IMG/VR virus record: IMGVR_UViG_3300023296_000005 | Direction: 5' to 3' (one strand) | From: a virus | DNA: 35,853 nt | Part shown: positions 7,415-14,431 of the stretch, one piece after another | Layout of the letters: every line of letters starts with the position of its first letter | How positions within the stretch are numbered: position 1 is the first letter of the stretch | Notes under the pieces: model-generated | What the model saw: the letters and a program-made list of their open reading frames with translations, nothing else | Database searches by the model: none | What the model was told of the DNA's origin: nothing | Made by a program: the position numbers and the translations under genes

Positions 7415-7443
7415 TTGCATAAATATAAGTTCTTTGTTATACT
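7415..7443 (+). promoter_or_regulatory. Sigma70-type promoter: TTGCAT, 17-nt spacer, TATACT
   Basis: -35 at 7415-7420 and -10 at 7438-7443. Confidence 0.5.
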
Positions 7444-7465
7444 AGAAGTATCGCAAGAGAGACAG

Positions 7466-7490
7466 CCACTTCGTAAGAGGTGGTTTTTCA
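7466..7490 (+). terminator. Intrinsic terminator: CCACTTC-GTAA-GAGGTGG followed by TTTTT
   Basis: 7-bp stem (7466-7472 / 7477-7483), GTAA tetraloop, T5 run. Confidence 0.6.
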
Positions 7491-7863
7491 TTTATACCGC
7501 CCTATTCGTATCTCGCAAAAGAGACAAATAGTTATTCTTATAATACCCCGTACTTAATAATATTGCAACAGCCATAAGTAGCATGTGTGTTGCCGGTGTA
7601 TAAAAATAGACCCTAGCAGAGTAGCGAAGGTCTATTAGTAGTATTCTATCCTGAGATAGTTTAGTTATGCGCTGGGTAATCCCCATAAGGTACGAGAGCA
7701 AACCGTAGTTTATCTTTACATAAGCATTATAGCACAAATAAAAACAACGTGTGCCGTCCAATTACAAAGGGATTACGATATAGTGGTGGACTATAAGATA
7801 ACACGACACACGCTGTATGGTATTAGTATACTAAATATAGTGGACAACTACAATACATCACAC

Positions 7864-7892
7864 TTGAATACCATTAGCGTATGTGCTATGAT
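7864..7892 (+). promoter_or_regulatory. Sigma70-type promoter: TTGAAT, 17-nt spacer, TGcTATGAT
   Basis: -35 at 7864-7869 and extended -10 at 7884-7892, followed by the leader AACCAATTACAAAGGGGA. Confidence 0.6.
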
Positions 7893-7925
7893 AGTTACAG
7901 TTAAACCAATTACAAAGGGGAACAT

Positions 7926-8057
7926 ATGAACAAAGACCAAGCAACCGTTATAGAATTACTAATCAGAAAGACTGCACTTAAAGATGTAGAAATCTGGCTT
8001 AACGAACAATACGTTATGATTGCAAAAGCAATAGAAGCAATTGAGGAAAAGTCATGA
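7926..8057 (+). CDS. Small hypothetical protein (43 aa), below the ORF-track cutoff
   Basis: AAAGGGGA lies 5 nt upstream of the ATG. The stop overlaps the next ATG (ATGA). Peptide: MNKDQATVIELLIRKTALKDVEIWLNEQYVMIAKAIEAIEEKS. Confidence 0.6.
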   Translation: MNKDQATVIELLIRKTALKDVEIWLNEQYVMIAKAIEAIEEKS

Positions 8058-8593
8058 CAGAAATACCAAAAGACGCAATCTTACGAGTAGAAACGGGATT
8101 GACCATAGAGCAGGTGCAGAAGTTTTTTACTAAGACACCAAGAGATAAAATTAAGCAACGTCCAGCAAAAGGCGGCGGTACTTGGGATTATGTGTCAGGG
8201 TCATACGTTACGCAAGTGTTAAACTCTTTGTTTGGTTTTTATTGGAGCTTTGAGGTAATAACCCCAATGGCAGATGCACTTGCAACTGCTCGCACAGGTA
8301 CAGTAGTTGTCCAGGGACGCTTAAAGGTTAAGATTGGCGACGACTGGATTACCAAAGAACAATACGGGCGTAAAGACGTTATGATGAAAAAAAACGGCGA
8401 CACACCACTAGACTTTGGCAATGACTTAAAAGCCGCTGCAACTGACGCTAAAAAGAAATGTGCTAGCGAGCTTGGACTATTTGCAGATGTTTACTCACAA
8501 GAAGATTTCTTTGAAGCACAAATTATTGACACCGCACCAACACCAGAAGAAAAAAAGCAAGCCATTAAGGACAAGTTAAATGAAAGTAATTAA
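8054..8593 (+). CDS. Rad52-family single-strand annealing protein (Sak-like)
   Basis: KGGGTWDYVSGSYVTQVLNSLFGFYWSFEV...DLKAAATDAKKKCASELGLFADVY. Confidence 0.7.
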   Translation: MTEIPKDAILRVETGLTIEQVQKFFTKTPRDKIKQRPAKGGGTWDYVSGSYVTQVLNSLFGFYWSFEVITPMADALATARTGTVVVQGRLKVKIGDDWITKEQYGRKDVMMKKNGDTPLDFGNDLKAAATDAKKKCASELGLFADVYSQEDFFEAQIIDTAPTPEEKKQAIKDKLNESN

Positions 8594-9260
8594 AGTATCA
8601 CAGCAAAACGACAGAGAAGCCTGGCTACAACTTCGTAGGGGTGTTATTACTGGCACAAAAGCAAAAACAACCGCACCGCCTAAACGTGGCAACGTAACGC
8701 CTCAAGGTATATTTGAGCTTCTTGCCGAGCATGTAGCTATTCAAAAAGATGGCGAGCCAGAACGTGATCGTGGTTTGCGATTAGAAAACGAAGCCCTGCA
8801 AGCAACTGCAAGCAAGTACAATTTAGACTTAGACTACGACCCTGGCATGTGGTTTTCAGATGACGGCAAACTAGGCGTAAGCCCAGATGCTTCAGAAAAA
8901 AGCGACAACCCAACCTTTGCAGCAGAAGCTAAATGTTTAGATAGTAAAAATCACTTGCAAGGTATACTCAACGATCAAGCCAACAAGAAGCTACCACAGT
9001 ATAACCCACTAGACAGCTTAAAGATTGCAACATCAGACTTTACTGCACAAGCCATACAATACTTTGTGCTTAATCAAAGCCTAAACATATTGTACTTTAC
9101 CCTATACGATGATCGCATTGCCTTAGACAACGTAGTACACTATGTTATAGAGATTAACCGCAAAGACGTTGCAGAATACATTGACGGTCAAGAAACATAT
9201 CAACGAGACGCACTGGCAAAAATTGATGGAATGATTAAAGTATTGAAAGGCATTAAATAA
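8580..9260 (+). CDS. YqaJ-like recombination exonuclease (PD-(D/E)XK)
   Basis: EAWLQLRRGVITGTKA, GVSPDAS, AEAKC. Adjacent to the annealase. Confidence 0.7.
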   Translation: MKVIKVSQQNDREAWLQLRRGVITGTKAKTTAPPKRGNVTPQGIFELLAEHVAIQKDGEPERDRGLRLENEALQATASKYNLDLDYDPGMWFSDDGKLGVSPDASEKSDNPTFAAEAKCLDSKNHLQGILNDQANKKLPQYNPLDSLKIATSDFTAQAIQYFVLNQSLNILYFTLYDDRIALDNVVHYVIEINRKDVAEYIDGQETYQRDALAKIDGMIKVLKGIK

Positions 9261-9568
9261 TGGGCGACCAAGACGAACGCAGAGAAGCAAGAGCAATAGT
9301 ACGAACCTACAAAGACGCAGACGGTAAAGATAAAAACGTTTATCAGACTTTAGGAACGGCGTGGGTAAGCCCTCACGCATCTACGATCACTATACAGCTT
9401 GAAACAATTCCAATAGGTAAAAACTGGAACGGCAAAGTATACATAAACAAACCTTATGAAAAAAGCGACAAAGAACTAACTCACACTTTTAACAAACAAG
9501 CTACTAAAGATGTAATATTAGAAGACATTGACGACAAACCCATTGACCTTAGCGTAATACCTTTCTAA
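9260..9568 (+). CDS. Small SSB-like protein with a C-terminal IPF tail (tentative)
   Basis: 102 aa ending DDKPIDLSVIPF. Sits in the recombination module. Confidence 0.4.
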   Translation: MGDQDERREARAIVRTYKDADGKDKNVYQTLGTAWVSPHASTITIQLETIPIGKNWNGKVYINKPYEKSDKELTHTFNKQATKDVILEDIDDKPIDLSVIPF

Positions 9569-9576
9569 TGTATAAT
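9569..9576 (+). promoter_or_regulatory. -10-like element TGTATAAT upstream of ninG
   Basis: Sequence match. Followed by an imperfect long hairpin at roughly 9617-9690. Confidence 0.35.
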
Positions 9577-9702
9577 AGTAATGTCTACCACAACAAGCCT
9601 ACTATCGGGCATCCTAGCCCACTCATCACGCACCTTTATTTCATACAAAATGAATGTCTGTTTAACATGGTGAGGGGACTAGGACGGATTACCGAATAAA
9701 TT

Positions 9703-10227
9703 ATGGCTCAAGATAATAAAACATGCCCTCATTGCAAAACTGTTGGTCACTCAGGCTTCTACTGCAAGTCACCCCTAAAGCCACGCAAACCCCTTAAGCG
9801 CGCTGCAATTAAAAAGACAGTAGCCAAAGCACCTGTTAAGAAAAAAGCTAAGAAGCGATCCTACTACGTTAAGAAGCTAGACAGCGTATTTAGCCAGTAC
9901 ATTCGTCAAAGCAAATCAGTAGACGGCATTGGTACGTGTGTTACTTGCGGCACCCCTAAGCCCTGGAAAGAAATGCAAAACGGACACTTCTACAGTCGTG
10001 GACGTTATGGCACACGATGGGATGAAACCAACTGTCATATCCAAGATGCTGCTTGCAACGTGTTCTTAAAAGGCAACTATATAAACTACACCAGGTACAT
10101 GATAGACAAGTATGGGCGTGAGTACGTAGACGAATTAGAAATTAAATCAAAGTTATCCACAAAGATTACTACTGTTGAGCTACAGGAAATGATAAACCAT
10201 TACCAAAACCTATTGACCGAAGCATAA
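9703..10227 (+). CDS. ninG: NinG/Rap-family recombination endonuclease
   Basis: LDSVFSQYIRQ...CVTCGT...QNGHFYSRGRYGTRWDETNCHIQDAACNVFLKGN. Confidence 0.75.
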   Translation: MAQDNKTCPHCKTVGHSGFYCKSPLKPRKPLKRAAIKKTVAKAPVKKKAKKRSYYVKKLDSVFSQYIRQSKSVDGIGTCVTCGTPKPWKEMQNGHFYSRGRYGTRWDETNCHIQDAACNVFLKGNYINYTRYMIDKYGREYVDELEIKSKLSTKITTVELQEMINHYQNLLTEA

Positions 10228-10241
10228 CCATATGCTATTAT
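10213..10241 (+). promoter_or_regulatory. Sigma70-type promoter: TTGACC, 17-nt spacer, TGcTATTAT
   Basis: -35 at 10213-10218 and extended -10 at 10233-10241, followed by AACCAATACAAGGGA. Confidence 0.6.
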
Positions 10242-10479
10242 GAATACATCGAACCAATACAAGGGATTCGTAGCAAGCTCAGGAGCATTCAAGTGAAGTT
10301 CGTCATAGACAACTTAACTCCTAGGCTGCACCACATTAACATCAACAGCCCCTACCAGGGCAACCAACCAAGCAGAACGTGAAACCCGTTCCAAGCTACA
10401 CACACTCTATACTTTTACACATAAGAGTAGCGAAATTGGTCAAGGTGCTTTGGTAAAGGCTGTTGATGAACATTAACAA

Positions 10480-10620
10480 TTAAGCGTAGTAGTGCTGAAA
10501 ATGAAAAAAACCCTAGAAGCTAGTGAATGAAGATCGTAAAAACTTAGTTAAAGCAGTATAGGTCACTAAGGGTCTGCATCGGATGTTATAACATCTCGTT
10601 TTCAGCATTACTACGCTTAA
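10480..10620 (+). ncRNA. Y-shaped structured element closed by a 22-bp stem (RNA leader or DNA-level site)
   Basis: 10480-10501 pairs with 10599-10620 (21 Watson-Crick pairs plus 1 G-U). Inner helices: 10510-10526 with 10563-10573, and the palindrome GATGTTATAACATC at 10582-10595. Confidence 0.4.
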
Positions 10621-10638
10621 CAAAAGAAAGGACATCCA

Positions 10639-10836
10639 ATGTCTGAAAAAGTAGAGGGTACACGAGTACAGAAACCAGCAAAGACAATCAAAGTAAGCAC
10701 CGTAATTATTAGCGTTGCAGTATTTGCCGCTCTTATTGGCGCACTTATGACCGGCTGGTTTATGCGATCAAGTTTTGACGCAACAATTCACGCAGAAGTT
10801 GTTACACAAGTAGAGAAGTTAAAAATAGAACAGTAG
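10639..10836 (+). CDS. Signal-anchor/TM N-terminal segment, probably the 5' part of the lysozyme-like gene
   Basis: RBS AAAGGA. TM helix VSTVIISVAVFAALIGALMTGWF. Ends at a TAG inside the open upstream extension of the next frame. Confidence 0.65.
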   Translation: MSEKVEGTRVQKPAKTIKVSTVIISVAVFAALIGALMTGWFMRSSFDATIHAEVVTQVEKLKIEQ

Positions 10837-11252
10837 CTACCACAGCCGTAGCTACTGAGCCAATCCAGGCTGTTGAAATCAAAGTACCTGAACAAGTTGC
10901 CGTACCAGCTCCAATAAGCCCACCTGTAGCCCCACAAGCGGTCACAGGGGGATGTGACATAGAGTTAAGCAAGTATGATTGGAACTTGTCAGACGCATAC
11001 AAGATTATGTTCAAAGAAAGCAGCAACAACCCACTTGCTATTAACAACAACCCAAAAACAGGAGACTACTCTGTAGGATGTTTTCAAATAAACCTTATTG
11101 GTAATATGCGAAACACTAGACCTGCAGAAAGTTGGCTACTAGTAGCAAAGAACAACGTACAGTACGCTTACCAAATGTACAGCAATCAGGGTCAAACCTT
11201 TTGCAAGACGTCCGGTTGGTATAATAGCTGTAAGGCTACGGGCGTAAGATAA
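10779..11252 (+). CDS. Lysozyme-like (SLT/transglycosylase) domain protein. The frame is open from 10779 with no ATG or GTG before the TTG at 10986, so it probably joins 10639-10836 by a -1 shift
   Basis: P/A/V-rich linker, then CDIELSKYDWN.SDAYKIMFKESSNNPLAINNNPKTGDYSVGCFQIN. Confidence 0.6.
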   Translation, partial: RNNSRRSCYTSREVKNRTVATTAVATEPIQAVEIKVPEQVAVPAPISPPVAPQAVTGGCDIELSKYDWNLSDAYKIMFKESSNNPLAINNNPKTGDYSVGCFQINLIGNMRNTRPAESWLLVAKNNVQYAYQMYSNQGQTFCKTSGWYNSCKATGVR

Positions 11253-11253
11253 T

Positions 11254-11322
11254 GTGCATTTGTTTGGAACTTTCGGCAGGTAGTTTTTAAGCTCCACCGC
11301 GGGAAGTTCCAAACAAATGCAC
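11254..11322. repeat. Perfect 19-bp inverted repeat with a 31-nt spacer, a possible terminator or binding site
   Basis: GTGCATTTGTTTGGAACTT at 11254-11272 and AAGTTCCAAACAAATGCAC at 11304-11322. Confidence 0.8.
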
Positions 11323-11535
11323 GTTGTGGATGTTTTGAGACGTGGCATGCAAATAACTTAACAATTCGAGTGTGTAGTGTTGGTAGTAAATGTACGGCTG
11401 TGACAGCTGAAAGTAAGCCCTGATTTATCAGCTCCTGCTAAGAAGGCGAAACTGTCCCATATATAACTAGTAATTGTCACATGGGCGTTTTATTATCAAC
11501 ATCACACACTTGAATAACTAATAAGGAGAACAACA

Positions 11536-11835
11536 ATGAACGAAAAACTTAAACATTTACTAATACTTGCAGCATCTTTTGCATTTGCATGGGGAGGTTA
11601 CTTCGCAGTAACATCAATAATCCGAACAAATGAAATCAATTCTTATAGCGCGGAGTTTCGCACAGGATTTATGCAAGGTTGCGAAGAAGAAGGAACAAAA
11701 GCCGTATGCAAGTGTATCTATGACGATTTAGAAAAGCGCCTTGGTAATGTAGGCATTTACAACTTAGCACTTGAATACGAAGAGACAGGCGTAGTCAACG
11801 ACAAAGCTTTTCTTTCAGTATGGGTTTGCATGTAA
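11536..11835 (+). CDS. Hypothetical membrane or secreted protein
   Basis: Strong RBS AAGGAGA. N-terminal hydrophobic helix. Cys-containing C-terminal part. Confidence 0.75.
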   Translation: MNEKLKHLLILAASFAFAWGGYFAVTSIIRTNEINSYSAEFRTGFMQGCEEEGTKAVCKCIYDDLEKRLGNVGIYNLALEYEETGVVNDKAFLSVWVCM

Positions 11836-11880
11836 TGTTTGACAGCTACACATCAGACTTAATGAGCGAGGAGGAGCCTA

Positions 11881-12651
11881 ATGACTAACACACTAGATGA
11901 GATATTTAACGAAGACTGCCTAGAGACTATGAAGCGTATGCAAGATAGCTCTATAGACCTAACTGTTACCTCACCACCATACGATAACCTCAGAACATAT
12001 AATGGCTTTGAGTTTGACTGGCACAAGACCATAGAGGAGTTGTACCGAGTCACAAAAGAAGGCGGTGTAGTTGTCTGGGTAGTAGGTGATGCAACTATCA
12101 AGGGTTCTGAGACAGGAACGAGTTTCAAACAGGCTCTTTATGCTATGGAGTGCGGATTTAACTTGCATGACACAATGATATATGAAAAAGCTCAAGCCTG
12201 TTTTGGGTCAAACAATTGTTATTTACAAGCCTTTGAGTATATGTTTATATTTGCAAAAGGGAAGCCGACCCGATTGAACTTTATCAGAGACCGTGAAAAC
12301 GTCAGAAGTGGAGTGGAATCAATGGGCAATGGTGGTATATCAAAAGATGGCGTTAAACCAAAACGTATAAAAAAAGAGATGAATAAGTTAGGCAAAAGAA
12401 AGAATATATGGAGGTTTGGTGTGGGCGGAGGAAATACGGGGCATCCAGCTATATTCCCCGAAAGACTAGCTCACGACCACATAATCTCTTGGAGCAACAA
12501 AGGCGATACGGTTTACGACCCATTTATGGGTAGTGGCACAACAGCAAAACTCGCCAAACAACTAAATCGTAAGTACATAGGCAGTGAGATAAGCAAAGAA
12601 TACTGCGATATAGCAAATGACCGCCTAACCCAACTAAAGGAGAATAAGTAA
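11881..12651 (+). CDS. DNA methyltransferase, beta-class N4-C/N6-A (SPPY)
   Basis: TSPPYDNLRTY, HPAIFPERLA, DPFMGSGTTAKLA. RBS GAGGAGGAG. Confidence 0.85.
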   Translation: MTNTLDEIFNEDCLETMKRMQDSSIDLTVTSPPYDNLRTYNGFEFDWHKTIEELYRVTKEGGVVVWVVGDATIKGSETGTSFKQALYAMECGFNLHDTMIYEKAQACFGSNNCYLQAFEYMFIFAKGKPTRLNFIRDRENVRSGVESMGNGGISKDGVKPKRIKKEMNKLGKRKNIWRFGVGGGNTGHPAIFPERLAHDHIISWSNKGDTVYDPFMGSGTTAKLAKQLNRKYIGSEISKEYCDIANDRLTQLKENK

Positions 12652-12764
12652 TGAGTAACTGGCTAGACACAGCTCTGCTTGACTACTACATCTTTGGACT
12701 AAGGCTAGTTGGCCGCAAACACTTAACACAAGAGCAGATATGGAGCAGGTGGCTAGACTCATAG
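12651..12764 (+). CDS. Small hypothetical protein (37 aa)
   Basis: TAATG overlap, with the AAGGAGA RBS lying within the upstream gene. Peptide: MSNWLDTALLDYYIFGLRLVGRKHLTQEQIWSRWLDS. Confidence 0.4.
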   Translation: MSNWLDTALLDYYIFGLRLVGRKHLTQEQIWSRWLDS

Positions 12765-12774
12765 CATTAGCCTA

Positions 12775-12803
12775 TTGCATTTACAGAACCATTAGCGTAC
12801 AAT
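12775..12803 (+). promoter_or_regulatory. Sigma70-type promoter: TTGCAT, 17-nt spacer, TACAAT
   Basis: -35 at 12775-12780 and -10 at 12798-12803, followed by AACCAATTACAAAGGGGA. Confidence 0.6.
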
Positions 12804-12835
12804 AAGAGTATCAACCAATTACAAAGGGGACAGAT

Positions 12836-13015
12836 ATGGACATCCAAGTATACACAGACAAAGCAATTATAGAATCAGAAGCAAACGCATCATTAGTAAC
12901 ATTATCAAACGTAGACCTTAGCGAGATTGTTAGCCAAGTGCCTGTAGGTGATCTATTAGAACACATGGAATACTCAGACGTTATGGACTACTACGCTGTG
13001 AACGGAGACGAATAA
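12836..13015 (+). CDS. Small acidic hypothetical protein (59 aa), below the ORF-track cutoff
   Basis: AAAGGGGA RBS. The stop overlaps the next ATG (TAATG). Confidence 0.6.
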   Translation: MDIQVYTDKAIIESEANASLVTLSNVDLSEIVSQVPVGDLLEHMEYSDVMDYYAVNGDE

Positions 13016-13227
13016 TGTCTCAATCAGCCCGACTACTAAAGATGCTACAAAAAGCTGGCAAAAAAGGTATAGAAAACCATAAGTTTCCAAAACACGGGAT
13101 CTTGCGCTACTCAGCAAGGATTGCAGACTTACGCAAAGAGGGGCACGACATTCGCCCTGACCGTGTATACAACTGGCGTGGTAAAGCAACTGGAACCTAC
13201 AAGTACATATTGAGAGATGCTACATGA
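13015..13227 (+). CDS. Putative winged-helix DNA-binding protein
   Basis: LLKMLQKAGKKGI...YSARIADLRKEGHDI pattern. Confidence 0.4.
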   Translation: MSQSARLLKMLQKAGKKGIENHKFPKHGILRYSARIADLRKEGHDIRPDRVYNWRGKATGTYKYILRDAT

Positions 13228-13376
13228 CTGGTGCTTACGATGACGAGGAAGAACGCAACTTGCGAAGACGAATGCGAACATGGGACAAGCGAGTTAGAAC
13301 GCTAAAAGACGAAATGCTGGTATATATTATCCAAGCAGCAACATACGAATTAAATAAACGTGGAGAGAAACGATGA
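13224..13376 (+). CDS. Small hypothetical protein (50 aa)
   Basis: ATGA overlaps at both ends. Basic and acidic helical sequence. Confidence 0.5.
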   Translation: MTGAYDDEEERNLRRRMRTWDKRVRTLKDEMLVYIIQAATYELNKRGEKR

Positions 13377-13588
13377 CAAAGAAACCAAACTACAAATCAG
13401 CCTGGTGGGTTTCACGGATTGCCAAACACGGTTCAGTTAAAGAAGTAAAGCGCTACATGCGTGAGATTGCTACCACGGGTGGACGCAATGGCAAAGGTCA
13501 CAAGTTCGGACACGGGTTAGTAGACCCAGGCACAGTTGGCAAGATCGGTGGCGTTGCATCTGGCGTGTCTAAGAGGAGCAGGTTATGA
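13373..13588 (+). CDS. Small Gly/Lys-rich protein, KGG-repeat-like (tentative)
   Basis: GGRNGKGHKFGHGLVDPGTVGKIGGVASG. Confidence 0.4.
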   Translation: MTKKPNYKSAWWVSRIAKHGSVKEVKRYMREIATTGGRNGKGHKFGHGLVDPGTVGKIGGVASGVSKRSRL

Positions 13589-13640
13589 CCACCCCCACCT
13601 ACGCAGACACTATTTGTACGTATTGATTAAAGGAGGAACT

Positions 13641-13940
13641 ATGAGTAAAGCATCAGCCAGATTACAGTGGAAAGGAACCGACGCTTGTGCGGACATAGTC
13701 TGCATATGTGGAGCAACGGGTCATTTTGACGGGGACTTTATGTATAACCTTGAGTGTTACGAGTGCCACAGAGTCTACGATGTATTTTCAGATATTGTCC
13801 TAAAGCTAACGAAGAACAAAAAAGACGAATCACGCTATGCTCTATTCGGAGAGAATGAAAACCATGAAGTAATGGTTGGGAATCTGCAAACAGACGAGAT
13901 AGAGATAGAAAATGAAAAAAGAGGATTTACTCATGGATAA
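13641..13940 (+). CDS. Cys-rich hypothetical protein
   Basis: RBS AAAGGAGGA lies 4 nt upstream of the ATG at 13641, which I prefer to the track start at 13536. Confidence 0.7.
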   Translation: MSKASARLQWKGTDACADIVCICGATGHFDGDFMYNLECYECHRVYDVFSDIVLKLTKNKKDESRYALFGENENHEVMVGNLQTDEIEIENEKRGFTHG

Positions 13941-14238
13941 ACCTATGACTACACCAGAAGATACAGAGCTACGAGAGAAAGTAGCGGACATTTGCCGAGA
14001 GGGTCACAGTGCCGTTGCTGAAACAAGAGTAATCAATAAGCTGATGAAACTCATCAACCTACACACCGAGCAGGCCGCCAGACGCGTTGCGCTTGGCGAG
14101 GCCTTTACAGCAGACCGAAACTTAGGTATGTACCCAGATTACCATAAAATGAAAGTTGCGAGCCTTGGTAGGATAAATTACTTAGAATCAAAGGAACCCT
14201 TAATGCGACTCATTAACCCCACAGAAAGAGAAAAGTAA
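13933..14238 (+). CDS. Hypothetical protein (alternative start at 13912)
   Basis: AGAGGA lies upstream of 13933. The ORF runs to 14238. Confidence 0.6.
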   Translation: MDKPMTTPEDTELREKVADICREGHSAVAETRVINKLMKLINLHTEQAARRVALGEAFTADRNLGMYPDYHKMKVASLGRINYLESKEPLMRLINPTEREK

Positions 14239-14333
14239 TGGATGACTTCACACAAGGGTACCTAGTCGGCTCAATCGTAGCTATTGTGATACTAGCTATA
14301 GTGGCAATTCTGTCTGTAAGGAGACTACGATGA
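14238..14333 (+). CDS. 31-aa single-TM peptide
   Basis: TAATG and ATGA overlaps. Peptide: MDDFTQGYLVGSIVAIVILAIVAILSVRRLR. Confidence 0.45.
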   Translation: MDDFTQGYLVGSIVAIVILAIVAILSVRRLR

Positions 14334-14431
14334 ACGAAAAACTAGCCATGTTCCTATTCTTTGCAATTACTATTGTAGGTACGGCATTGCTGCTGTTGCC
14401 ATTTGTATACTTAATCGGAGGGATGTTGTAA
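14330..14431 (+). CDS. 33-aa single-TM peptide
   Basis: AAGGAGA RBS. Peptide: MNEKLAMFLFFAITIVGTALLLLPFVYLIGGML. TAATG overlap with the next gene. Confidence 0.5.
   Translation: MNEKLAMFLFFAITIVGTALLLLPFVYLIGGML

Noticed and set aside
7492-7761. 89-aa minus-strand ORF, the only ORF in the non-coding hub
   Set aside because: I see no RBS, its composition is odd (Tyr/Leu-rich), and it spans predicted hairpins and promoter-like elements. It is more likely a chance ORF in AT-rich DNA, though a small minus-strand regulator cannot be excluded.
10293-10382. GTG-initiated 29-codon ORF with an AGGAG sequence 7 nt upstream
   Set aside because: It is too short and featureless to support. It may simply be part of the long leader downstream of the 10213 promoter.
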